This document shows positions 28,704 through 37,305 of a stretch of DNA of 48,836 bases, in pieces. The stretch's first letter is position 1, and each line of letters begins with the position of its first letter. Source of the DNA: an uncultured Thermococci archaeon (GTDB lineage Archaea; Methanobacteriota_B; Thermococci; Thermococcales; Thermococcaceae); the NCBI GenBank assembly GCA_964615185.1, contig CAZTOS010000006.1:1-48836 (forward strand), given 5' to 3'. The notes beneath the pieces are model-generated. The model had not been told where the DNA came from. It did not search any database and was given only the letters and a program-made list of their open reading frames with translations. The translations under genes and the position numbers were made by a program.

Positions 28704-29060
28704 CTGACCTCCTCCCCGCCCTTAAGGGCGAGGGTTCGGCTTAACTCCCTCGCCAGTGACGGGGAGGTTTGCGGGCTCATCTCCTACTCCCGTTGCCGGT
28801 TTCGGCTCAGCCCGCAGGCCCGGTCTTAGGCCCATTACCCCTACCGCGCAGAGCGGCTCGGGGTTATCGCTCGAAGGCGGTTTTTGAAGGGACGCTTAAC
28901 AGCGTCATCCCTCCCAACGAGGAGGGACACGATAAACCCTTTGGAGAGGGTATCTGACGGTGGCCTCTTCAAGGCCCTACTACGTTCAAGAGTTTAAAAG
29001 GGTTTCTATTCGAATGCCGATTTTAGAATCACTGCATCCCCACCCCAAGGCTTTCAAAAG
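28704..29060 (-). mobile_element. Non-autonomous IS200/IS605-derived element, copy 3 (intact right-end hairpin)
   Basis: Minus strand ends GAACCCTCGCCCTTAAGGGCGGGGAGGAGGTCAG (subterminal hairpin CGCCCT-TA-AGGGCG). Internal AAACCCTTTTAAA at 28993-29005. No credible ORF. Confidence 0.85.
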
Positions 29061-29181
29061 AAAAAGGAAGGACCAGTCTCTGTCCTTACACATATTATCC
29101 TTAATGATCTCTTTGATTTTTTGAAGAGAAAATCATTAACCACAGAAAACAAGAAAAACCTCGGGTGATCATGGAGTACTT

Positions 29182-29332
29182 TCACAATCTTGGGGACCAG
29201 CTGGATGCTCTGAGGTCGTCTGAGACTATTTCCATCACTCCGCCGCTTTTCAGCTTTATACTTGCTTTCCTTACTTTTTCCTGCCTTTCTCTTGGCTCTA
29301 ACCCTCTAGCATCCACAACCTCCGTTTTTCAT
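29182..29332 (-). pseudogene. DUF2249/TusA(SirA)-like small protein remnant
   Basis: GAGGTG-ATG, then an A5 run. Removing one A gives MKTEVVDARGLEPRERQEKVRKASIKLKSGGVMEIVSDD, followed by a second apparent shift. Confidence 0.5.
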
Positions 29333-30506
29333 CACCTCTTGTTTTGCCAGTTAATGAGATGTAAGAGCGGAGAAAATCAAGACTCATTAAGTAAACAAGC
29401 GTGTTTGCCCAGAACAGGCCTTTAGGTAGTAGTGTCATGTTTTTACCTTTAAGCCCGATCCATCCCTCGTTAAGTGCGACTTGGAGGGATGCTGCAAAGT
29501 TCCCCGGAAGAATTTTTACATTTCCCTTTAGCATTGATGCAATAACCCTAACTCCGCAGAACACTTCTTCGGGCATTGAAAAAACATTGACCCTGTAAGG
29601 ATCCATTATATATCTTTTCACCCCCGGCGGGTGAAATGTTTCATAATTCTTAATGTGACCTCCAGCTCCTGGACCGATTCCGAGGAGGGGCATTCCTAGG
29701 TGCGTGAAATACTCAGAGTAGAGAAATTTATCCTTCCCGTTAGAGAAGTGGTTTATTGAAATATGTTTGTAACCGCGCTCCGTTAGATAATTATAGGCTT
29801 CTAAGAAGTTCTGCTCGTTCTCTTCTACATTTGGGTGTGGATACGATTGCATGGTGGTGTTATAGACGAGGGGATAAATGGATAACCCGTCAACATTAAG
29901 CTCTACCGCTTTTTTCACATCTTCTTGCAGGGTATTGCCATATGGGAGGTCATAAAGGAGATCGATGGAAACTATTTCAAAGTGTTTTCTCGCCAGCTTG
30001 AGCTTTTCGATAACCTCACTCTCGGGGGATCTCCTCCCGAGGAGCTCTCTCTTCTTGTTGTTGAAGCTCTGAACTCCGAAGCTTATCCTGTTGATACCAA
30101 GGGATGCCATTTCCTCGGCTTTTTTCTCATCGAATTCGCTCACCGTGGTTTCGATGGTTATCTCCTTTATTCTTCCCCTCTTCTCAATGGAATCGAGGAT
30201 TCTGCCGAGCTCCGCAGTCGGCAGGAGCGTCGGTGTTCCTCCTCCAAAATAAACCACCTCCGGCCGGAAGCTCCTGTATTTTCTCATCTCCCTGATGAGT
30301 GCACTGACAAAGTGCTTATACGGCACGTTTGGACATTCGCGATAGAGGATGCAGAACCTGCACCTTCCCACACAGAAGGGGATGTGTATATATAACGCTC
30401 CCTTCTTGTTTGCGAACAGCTTTGTTGCCTTCGTGTGCGCTCTTTCTTTAAACCTGTTAAACGGTGCCAGTGCCTGGTGATGTGTCTTTATCCACTCAAT
30501 TCTCAT
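29298..30506 (-). CDS. HemN/ChuW-like (class C) radical SAM protein
   Basis: LYIHIPFCVGRCRFC, YFGGGTPT, NRISFGVQSF, SIDLLYDLP and LGIGPGAGG motifs. Confidence 0.88.
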   Translation of the reverse strand: MRIEWIKTHHQALAPFNRFKERAHTKATKLFANKKGALYIHIPFCVGRCRFCILYRECPNVPYKHFVSALIREMRKYRSFRPEVVYFGGGTPTLLPTAELGRILDSIEKRGRIKEITIETTVSEFDEKKAEEMASLGINRISFGVQSFNNKKRELLGRRSPESEVIEKLKLARKHFEIVSIDLLYDLPYGNTLQEDVKKAVELNVDGLSIYPLVYNTTMQSYPHPNVEENEQNFLEAYNYLTERGYKHISINHFSNGKDKFLYSEYFTHLGMPLLGIGPGAGGHIKNYETFHPPGVKRYIMDPYRVNVFSMPEEVFCGVRVIASMLKGNVKILPGNFAASLQVALNEGWIGLKGKNMTLLPKGLFWANTLVYLMSLDFLRSYISLTGKTRGDEKRRLWMLEG

Positions 30507-30566
30507 TTTCTCACCTTATTTCTCACCACAGTAAAAAAGAAAAAATCTCCACATTCACCAATTTTC

Positions 30567-31463
30567 TCAGAGATTTCCCCTCTTATAGCGCCATATAACT
30601 CCAAGTATAATACACCCTACAAGTATGGATAGAAATGTAACCGCACCCCTTATGTTTCTCTCAGGTTCTGGCTTTTCAATTTCCTCGAATAACTCCCAGT
30701 CAGGTTTCGTTAGGAAAGCATTTCTGATGCTTTCCCATTCCTTTCTGAATTTATCCACTTCTTCTTTGCTCGCCTTCTCTGGCACTCCATACTTCACCTT
30801 CTTTCTCAGAACAAAGTAATCCTCTGGGAACACATCGTCTTTGACGTCAACTGTGAAGCACTCGCCTGTGGATTTTCGGCAGATAGTAAAGTGGTAGTAG
30901 CTGGCGTTGTTGCTTATTCCAACCTTTTTTAAGTTCTTAGGGCTCATGTTCTTTATCTCTGTTCCATTTGGCAAGATTATGTGGAACTCACCTTTGGTCC
31001 GAGGGGCTGGTTTCATCTTTGGGGCGTTTCCAGTTATGTACTGGAAACATTGGCATGAGCCCGGTGTTGGTAAATTGCTGATTATCTTTATGTCATCTCT
31101 TTTCGGTATCTCGTCCCCCCAGAGCTTTTTTATTCCCAGAAGTGCCGCTCGGAATGAAATTACAACGCAGGGACATATTCCAGTTGCGTTTGCAAACTCC
31201 TTCTCTATTATTGCCTTTATTTCCTCATCTGTTTTTCCCTGCTTCTTCAGCATCTTTATTCTCATTTCTTTTGCCCATTCGTTGTGATAGCTCCCAACTT
31301 CCTCTAGTGTTATGTTTATTATCTTTCCCCCGTCATCAATCACAATCGGTTCCAATTCAAATTTGGGTGGGGGAGATGCCCCCGGCATGTGAGCTTCCGC
31401 CGGTAGAGATGCCACTAACACTACGAGCAAGCTAAGTATTACAACTTTACTGCCTCCATTCAC
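30567..31463 (-). CDS. Exported, C-terminally anchored FmdE-like putative metal-binding protein
   Basis: Signal peptide ending AEA-H; YH...ICPC...FRAA and SCQCFQYITG resemble the FmdE H-x-C-P/C pattern; C-terminal TM helix with basic tail. Confidence 0.55.
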   Translation of the reverse strand: MNGGSKVVILSLLVVLVASLPAEAHMPGASPPPKFELEPIVIDDGGKIINITLEEVGSYHNEWAKEMRIKMLKKQGKTDEEIKAIIEKEFANATGICPCVVISFRAALLGIKKLWGDEIPKRDDIKIISNLPTPGSCQCFQYITGNAPKMKPAPRTKGEFHIILPNGTEIKNMSPKNLKKVGISNNASYYHFTICRKSTGECFTVDVKDDVFPEDYFVLRKKVKYGVPEKASKEEVDKFRKEWESIRNAFLTKPDWELFEEIEKPEPERNIRGAVTFLSILVGCIILGVIWRYKRGNL

Positions 31464-31996
31464 TCTTCCACCCCCTTGGGCAGGCTATACTTCATCGGGG
31501 AAAGCTCCTCTAGGAAGCCCTTCATCTTTGGATAGAATAGGACAAGCAGTAAGCCAAAGACTAAGTGCGGTGCAATTCCCCATGCATCCCCTGCCAATGA
31601 CCATCCTTCCTCTACTTCTCCTCCCCACACGAGGGGATAATAAGTATCTAAGATGTCCGCGACCATTACTAGGATGTTTAGTGCCATCAGGAGCATTGCC
31701 ATGGCCCAGCCAACAAACACATATCCATAGTATTTTTTGTCGCCTTGATGCCACATATAAACCCCTTTCAGCAGTAAAGTCCCTACCGTGAAAAGCGCCA
31801 GACCTGAAAAGATGCTGGGAAATGCAAAGGGTATGTATGTCCCCAGCACTGGAACCCCTATTTGTAAAGTTCCTCCCAGATGGGATACCCATCCTGTCAT
31901 TCCATTGTAAAACTGAAGCACTCCGTACACCAAGTAAAGTAGGGATATTATAAAGATATAGATGCTTTCATTCGTTCCTATTTTTAGCTTCTTCAT
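31460..31996 (-). CDS. Hypothetical membrane protein (~4 TM)
   Basis: Hydrophobic segments; translationally coupled to feoB and to the downstream gene. Confidence 0.75.
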   Translation of the reverse strand: MKKLKIGTNESIYIFIISLLYLVYGVLQFYNGMTGWVSHLGGTLQIGVPVLGTYIPFAFPSIFSGLALFTVGTLLLKGVYMWHQGDKKYYGYVFVGWAMAMLLMALNILVMVADILDTYYPLVWGGEVEEGWSLAGDAWGIAPHLVFGLLLVLFYPKMKGFLEELSPMKYSLPKGVEE

Positions 31997-33970
31997 TTAT
32001 ATCACCCCCATCAGATGTCCAAATCCTAAGACAAGCCATGCCATTATGTATGCAAGCAAAATCTCATAAATTACGGTAAACGCTGCCCATTTCGTTCCTG
32101 CCTCCTGCTTTATAGCTCCGATGGTCACTATGCAGGGGACGTAAATCAAGATGAAGACCAAGTATGAATACATCTGCAAAGGTGTATACATGGTAGCCAT
32201 CTTCGCTGCTATTGTCTCCTCCGATACCCCATAAAGCAAAGCAGAGGCCCCGAGGACAATCTCCTTTGCTACAATTCCAAACAATGCTGCTACGAGCAGT
32301 CTCCAGTCCCATCCAAGTGGCTTAACCAATGGAAGAAGTGCCTTTCCGAGGGCTGCTGCCAAACTCCCCTCTGCATTCTCAGTGTATGTAAGGTTGGTGC
32401 TTGCTATAAGCAATATTCCAAGCAGTAGTATTCCTGGCAGTATTACCTTTCCCGCTTTTGTGAAAAACAGCTTTCCTCTTTCCCATGCCTTAAGTAGGGA
32501 CACCCCTGGAACTGGCATCTGATATGGCGGGAGTTCCAAGATAAATGGAGATGCTCTTCCTTTCAACACTGTTTTTCTGAGGGCAATTGCCACGAGGAAA
32601 GCAAGCACTATCCCCAATAGATAAAGCGACAGAAGGACATCCCCCGCTTTATCTCCCCAGAATGCATCAACTATGGCGGCGAAGAACACCAGCCTTGCAC
32701 CGCAGAGCATCAATGGGTTAACTAATATTGCAACAAGCCTATCCTTCTCGTCAGGTATTGTTCTCGTTGCATAAATTGCGGGCACGTTACATCCAAATCC
32801 CAATATCATTGGAATTATTGCCCTTCCCGAGAGGCCCAATTTTCTCATTATTTTGTCCATGAGGAATGCGGCTCTTGCCATGTATCCAAAGTCTTCAACA
32901 AGGGATAATGCGAAGTACAGCAGAAAGATTAGTGGGACAAAGCTCAAGACCATGCCGATTCCGTTTAGCACTCCGTAGTCTCCAAAGAGCAGGTAATCGA
33001 GCCATCTAACCCCCGTAATTCCTGAGAGAGCGGAAGATACTTCTGCAAAACCGTCTCCAAGGAAATCACAGAAAGGTGCTGATACCATAAAGCCAAACTG
33101 GAAAATCATCCAGAGCACGGATACGAATATTGGTATTCCGAGGTATTTGTCGAGGAGAACGCTGTCTATGATATCCGAGACCGTAACTTTTTTCTCTTTT
33201 ATTATGACGTCTTTGCATATCTCCTTTATCAATTCGTATCTTGCATCTGCAAGTGCTACTTCTGGGTCACCGACTTCGTTCCTCATCTTTTCTCTTACTT
33301 CTTCGCACCTTAAGAGTAAATCCCTGTCAATTCTTCTCTTAACCTCATCGTCGTTTTCAAGTATCTTGATTGCAACCCATCTCGGGTTTAGATCTTCAAT
33401 TTTTCCGTCTATTATCCTCCTGACATCATCTATGTATTTTTCTATTTTTTCATCATACCCAATTTCTCTCTTTACAGGGTTCTCCGCGTATTTTATTATA
33501 GCATCCAACAGCTCCCTAATTCCTTCCTTTCTTGGGGCGACCATGGGTATTACTGGAATTCCCAGTATCTTTTCCAGTTTTTTGACGTCTATTTTTGTAT
33601 TTTCCCTTTCGGCCAGATCCATCTTGTTTAAGGCGATAATTACGTTTGCTCCAAGTTCCAATAGTTGCAGTGTGAGATAGAGGTTTCTCTCCAAGTTTGA
33701 TGCATCAACGACACTAACCACGACGTCTGGCTTCTCCTGAATTATGTAATCTCTCGCGATCAATTCCTCCACTGAGTATGCCGTTAGACTGTAAGTGCCC
33801 GGTAGGTCTATGACGTATATTTCGTTTCCCTTGTAGTTTAACGTTCCTTCTGCTTTTTCCACTGTCTTTCCGGGCCAGTTTCCTATGTGTTGATGTCCCC
33901 CAGTTAAGTTATTGAAGACCACTGATTTTCCAACATTTGGATTTCCAGCAAGTGCAACCCTTATCTTCAT
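31997..33970 (-). CDS. feoB: Ferrous iron transporter FeoB
   Basis: GNPNVGKS, GNWPGKTVE, DLPGTYSL, NKMD, GFGCNVPA and ELPPY motifs. Confidence 0.97.
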   Translation of the reverse strand: MKIRVALAGNPNVGKSVVFNNLTGGHQHIGNWPGKTVEKAEGTLNYKGNEIYVIDLPGTYSLTAYSVEELIARDYIIQEKPDVVVSVVDASNLERNLYLTLQLLELGANVIIALNKMDLAERENTKIDVKKLEKILGIPVIPMVAPRKEGIRELLDAIIKYAENPVKREIGYDEKIEKYIDDVRRIIDGKIEDLNPRWVAIKILENDDEVKRRIDRDLLLRCEEVREKMRNEVGDPEVALADARYELIKEICKDVIIKEKKVTVSDIIDSVLLDKYLGIPIFVSVLWMIFQFGFMVSAPFCDFLGDGFAEVSSALSGITGVRWLDYLLFGDYGVLNGIGMVLSFVPLIFLLYFALSLVEDFGYMARAAFLMDKIMRKLGLSGRAIIPMILGFGCNVPAIYATRTIPDEKDRLVAILVNPLMLCGARLVFFAAIVDAFWGDKAGDVLLSLYLLGIVLAFLVAIALRKTVLKGRASPFILELPPYQMPVPGVSLLKAWERGKLFFTKAGKVILPGILLLGILLIASTNLTYTENAEGSLAAALGKALLPLVKPLGWDWRLLVAALFGIVAKEIVLGASALLYGVSEETIAAKMATMYTPLQMYSYLVFILIYVPCIVTIGAIKQEAGTKWAAFTVIYEILLAYIMAWLVLGFGHLMGVI

Positions 33971-34194
33971 TCTCGCACCTCCACAAACACTTTCATGCTT
34001 ATTCCCCTGCCTAAGGCAATCTTTGAACCTCTCAGCTCCAGTAAAATTGGCCCTCCACCAGTGGATTTTATTACCCTTGTGGTTGAACCAGGAAACAGAC
34101 CAAGGTCTGCAAGCCTTCGCACAACTCCTCTACCTCCCCTTATGCCAACAACTCTCAAAATTTTCCCTTCTGGAGCCAAGGCAAGGGGAATCAT
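33967..34194 (-). CDS. feoA: Ferrous iron transport protein FeoA
   Basis: RRLADLGLFPG...GPILLELRGSKIALGRG. Confidence 0.93.
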   Translation of the reverse strand: MIPLALAPEGKILRVVGIRGGRGVVRRLADLGLFPGSTTRVIKSTGGGPILLELRGSKIALGRGISMKVFVEVRE

Positions 34195-34427
34195 CTCTTC
34201 ACCTCCACGATTATTGTATTTGCCTCTTTTCTTTTCAATGACAGGTTGTATCCCTTCACTTCAAACTCCACAGGGTCTTTGAGAGGGGCGCTTCTTATCA
34301 TCTTGACTCGCTCCCCTTTTGTCATTCCCATCTCAATGAGTCTCCTTATCGTTACTGGGTCTCCATCTGCAAAACCAACGATCACACCTTCTTCTCCAGG
34401 CTTTAGTTCACCCAGCCTAACCCTCAT
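34191..34427 (-). CDS. feoA: Ferrous iron transport protein FeoA
   Basis: RRLIEMGMTKG...APLKDPVEFEVKGYNLSLKRKEA. Confidence 0.94.
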   Translation of the reverse strand: MRVRLGELKPGEEGVIVGFADGDPVTIRRLIEMGMTKGERVKMIRSAPLKDPVEFEVKGYNLSLKRKEANTIIVEVKR

Positions 34428-34503
34428 TTACATCACCTCTCCTATGGACTCCGCTTCATCTTTCTCGGGGATTTTTCCCCATGTATACTTTTGTATATTC
34501 TAC

Positions 34504-34620
34504 TTAGGTTTCCCTAATAATTTCAGAGTAGACTAACCTAATAATTGTTTATATGTTTTTCTATTCGTCAAGGAATACAGTTAAGTTTGAAAAGAATGGA
34601 ATTAGGTTAGCCTAACCTAA
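34504..34620. promoter_or_regulatory. Cluster of DtxR-type iron boxes upstream of feoAAB
   Basis: TTAGGTTAGCCTAACCTAA at 34602-34620 is a canonical 19-bp DtxR/IdeR palindrome. TTAGGTTTCCCTAA at 34504-34517; 15/19 match at 34523-34541. Confidence 0.85.
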
Positions 34621-34730
34621 TTGAAATGTCCAGAAATTTACATTATTAGGTTTCTTTGAGGAACTATGGAAGTTCCATAAAATGCCTCCAATTATTTAAA
34701 TACCTCATAGGCTCTCCAGATTTGCTCCTT

Positions 34731-34765
34731 ATGTGCATATGCACATTTTTCTGCTTAAAAACTTT
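34731..34765 (-). promoter_or_regulatory. BRE/TATA plus perfect 16-bp palindrome ATGTGCATATGCACAT (site 2)
   Basis: Minus strand reads AAAGTTTTTAAG-CAGAAAA-ATGTGCATATGCACAT and points toward the feo operon. Confidence 0.65.
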
Positions 34766-34857
34766 ACCCTTTTAACATCCTACTGCCAATCATACCAGTT
34801 ACTTATTTTTGTGGCACAAAGTTTAAAGTTGGTAATGTTATATACAAAGTCCGGTAA

Positions 34858-34876
34858 TTATGATAGCCTAACCAAA
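34858..34876. promoter_or_regulatory. Additional DtxR-like box before a short plus-strand ORF
   Basis: TTATGATAGCCTAACCAAA matches the box at 34602 in 16 of 19 positions. Confidence 0.55.
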
Positions 34877-35467
34877 TTTTGGGATGATATTATGCAAATA
34901 GTAAAACTTGGGGTAAGCTGGATTGGAGGCATACTACCTCATGGCTTCCTACTAAACACCTCCACCCTCGTGAGCGACCTCGGTGGTTCTGGTAAGCCCT
35001 TAATAGGCTACATCTTTGCTTCGAGATGAGTGAAGAACAACAGTAACAGGTATTTCTACTCACAAGTACTACCATCGAATACTTGAAAAACACCATGAGA
35101 ATCCTCAAGACTGATCTGGATGAATACTTCGGTAGGGTCTTTTTCATTGAGCTTGATCACCTGATAGGTGGTATTAAAATAGTTTCGAACGCTCATATCT
35201 AAGGCAAACTTTGTAAAAACCTGATGTATTGGACGAGACTCTGGCTTTAGCAAATATTATACTGAGTAATGCACCCAGCGAGCTTCTCCCTAAAGGTTTA
35301 AACGTGTATCTTAATAACAAAGTTGGCTTAAACTTTCGCTGAACTCTTTTTTCTCGACTCTCTCCCCTTTACAATTTGGAATGCACCTCTATCTTTAACC
35401 ACCTTTACTTAACTCACAAAAAAGCTTTCGATGCTTTAGCCTCTGGTTATACCCAAAATTGCCCAAT

Positions 35468-35500
35468 AAACTTTATAAGATTTTTTTGCATATGCACAAA
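35468..35500 (+). promoter_or_regulatory. BRE/TATA plus TGCATATGCA operator (site 3)
   Basis: AAACTTTATAAG-ATTTTTT-TGCATATGCA-CAAA, then GGTGA RBS and ATG 35512. Confidence 0.65.
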
Positions 35501-35511
35501 TGGTGATGCTC

Positions 35512-35679
35512 ATGCCAAGAGGATGGAGAAGAGGTAGAAGATGGTTTGGTAGAGGCAGATGGATTGGACCCTGGCCAGGAAATGGGCCTTTTAGTTACCT
35601 TCCACCCTGGCAAAGGCCTGGATGGATTTATGGTAGAAGAGCATACTGGCCATATAGGACACCAATTTGGTATTATTGA
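35512..35679 (+). CDS. 55-aa Trp/Arg/Gly-rich small protein, paralog of 28451..28657
   Basis: Not in the ORF track. Hand translation: MPRGWRRGRRWFGRGRWIGPWPGNGPFSYLPPWQRPGWIYGRRAYWPYRTPIWYY*. Has its own promoter, RBS and T-rich terminator. Confidence 0.8.
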   Translation: MPRGWRRGRRWFGRGRWIGPWPGNGPFSYLPPWQRPGWIYGRRAYWPYRTPIWYY

Positions 35680-35760
35680 GCCTTCTTTTTGTTTCTGAAG
35701 ATTTTTAATCTACTATAAACCTCCCATCATCCCTTATCTTTGAAAGTTTATGAATATTGT

Positions 35761-35798
35761 TTTTCAAGCCTCGCCTTTCAGAACGGGGAGTAGGTCAG
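35761..35798 (+). mobile_element. Minimal IS200/IS605 end remnant (PATE-like)
   Basis: TTTTCAAGCCTCGCCTTTCAGAACGGGGAGTAGGTCAG resembles a left-end start (AAGCC) fused to the right-end hairpin/GGGGAGGAGGTCAG of copies 1-3. Confidence 0.6.
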
Positions 35799-36047
35799 TT
35801 TTCAATAGTTCCACCTCCTTTCAATCTTTAATCCAACAACTTTTTATCTGCTTCTGATTGAAGTTTTGGCACTTTAGTTGAATCCAATGATAAGATTTCA
35901 CCAAGAAAACAGTCAGTTCCTCCTTTAAAGCTCCTTCTTCTTTATTTCCCAGCAAGGGAATGAATATTGATGTTCATCAAAGTCCTCTTCTTTTCAGCAA
36001 CCTTTATAAACCTAAACCTGCCCTTCACCAGCCTCGTGGTGATTTGA

Positions 36048-37301
36048 ATGAGTCAAAGAATAAACGCCACAATGCATGCAAAGAAGGTCTCTCATAGGTA
36101 TTATGGAATATCAAAGGTTCCTAAGTGGTTTTACTCCTTCGTGCCTTTCAAGATCTCAACTGGCGGAAGCTCAATCCTAATGCCCCTCTACCTCCTCCAG
36201 CTCGGTGGAAATGCTCAGATGGTTGGAATAATGAACTCTCTTGCAAGCTTGTCCTCAATGATCGGCAGTCTATTTTGGGGAAAGCTGAGCGATAAGACAT
36301 TGAGGAGAAAGGTCTTCATACTCCTCGGATTCCTCAGCGTGAGTGTATTCCTAACAGCCCTTTCTTTCACAAACAGTCCAGTTGAATTTATTTTACTCAA
36401 CGCAATCTACTCATTTTTCTTAGCTTCGACGATTTCCGTACCAATAGTCCTCGTTCTCAGAAGTGTCAGAAAGCACAGCTGGGACTATGGAATAGGAAAG
36501 TTCAATGAGATAAGCGGTTGGGCGTGGGTTTTTGGACTTGGTTTAGGCTTCATTTTATCTCAGTATCTCACAATAAGACAACTCTTGCTCCTCTTTGCTA
36601 TCCTCAATATTCCGTCACTCGTCTGGGGAGCCAAAACAATTAGAGAGATTCCGATTTACGTGAATAGAAAGAGCATTATGATTTTTGGAAATTACGTGGT
36701 TGAGAAAATCCGCTACGTGCCAACTTTCATGCTACATATAAATCTCAGAAAACCAAAATTTGGGAAGTTTTACTTTGCATCATTCTTATTCTGGATATCC
36801 TCTGGGATGTATTTCTCACAGCTTCCAGTGCTATTAGCAGAAAACGGTTTTGAGAGAAGATATATTTATTTGGCAGCAATAGTTAACTCTTCAGTTTCAG
36901 CTTTTATGTATTTGAGAGTTGGATTGATGCTTGAAAACAGAGACAAGCTGAGGGTTTTAAAGGAAGGTATAGCACTGAGACTTATCGGAGTTACAACCAT
37001 CCTTGTAGGAACATTTATAGTTCCATATCTCTTACCATTAGCCTTTCTTTCATACTTCCTTGCTGGTTATTCATGGTCATTCATAAGCATTTCATCAACT
37101 TCAATTGTTGGAAAACTTGCTGGCGAGAAGGAAAAAGGAACAGCAATGGGAACATTTAACTTAATCAACTCACTCGGGTACATAATAGGGAGCTTTGCCA
37201 GTGGATTCTTAGTTTACGCGGGTGGATTTACAGCAAATTTTGGAGCATCTTCACTATTTGCCCTCTTGAGCCTAATGCTACTGAAAAAGGTGAGGATTTA
37301 A
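36048..37301 (+). CDS. MFS transporter
   Basis: About 12 hydrophobic segments; WGKLSDKTLRRK (motif A) and KGTAMGTFN. Confidence 0.9.
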   Translation: MSQRINATMHAKKVSHRYYGISKVPKWFYSFVPFKISTGGSSILMPLYLLQLGGNAQMVGIMNSLASLSSMIGSLFWGKLSDKTLRRKVFILLGFLSVSVFLTALSFTNSPVEFILLNAIYSFFLASTISVPIVLVLRSVRKHSWDYGIGKFNEISGWAWVFGLGLGFILSQYLTIRQLLLLFAILNIPSLVWGAKTIREIPIYVNRKSIMIFGNYVVEKIRYVPTFMLHINLRKPKFGKFYFASFLFWISSGMYFSQLPVLLAENGFERRYIYLAAIVNSSVSAFMYLRVGLMLENRDKLRVLKEGIALRLIGVTTILVGTFIVPYLLPLAFLSYFLAGYSWSFISISSTSIVGKLAGEKEKGTAMGTFNLINSLGYIIGSFASGFLVYAGGFTANFGASSLFALLSLMLLKKVRI

Positions 37302-37305
37302 AAAG

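Noticed and set aside
35056..35253. 65-aa minus-strand ORF as a real gene
   Set aside because: TTG start without a clear RBS and no recognisable motif; probably a remnant that cannot be assigned.
13647..35798. Repeats interpreted as a CRISPR array or as tRNA/SRP/RNase P RNA
   Set aside because: The copies are dispersed and hundreds of bp long, with no repeat-spacer periodicity, no cloverleaf, and no SRP or RNase P signature; the ends match IS200/IS605.
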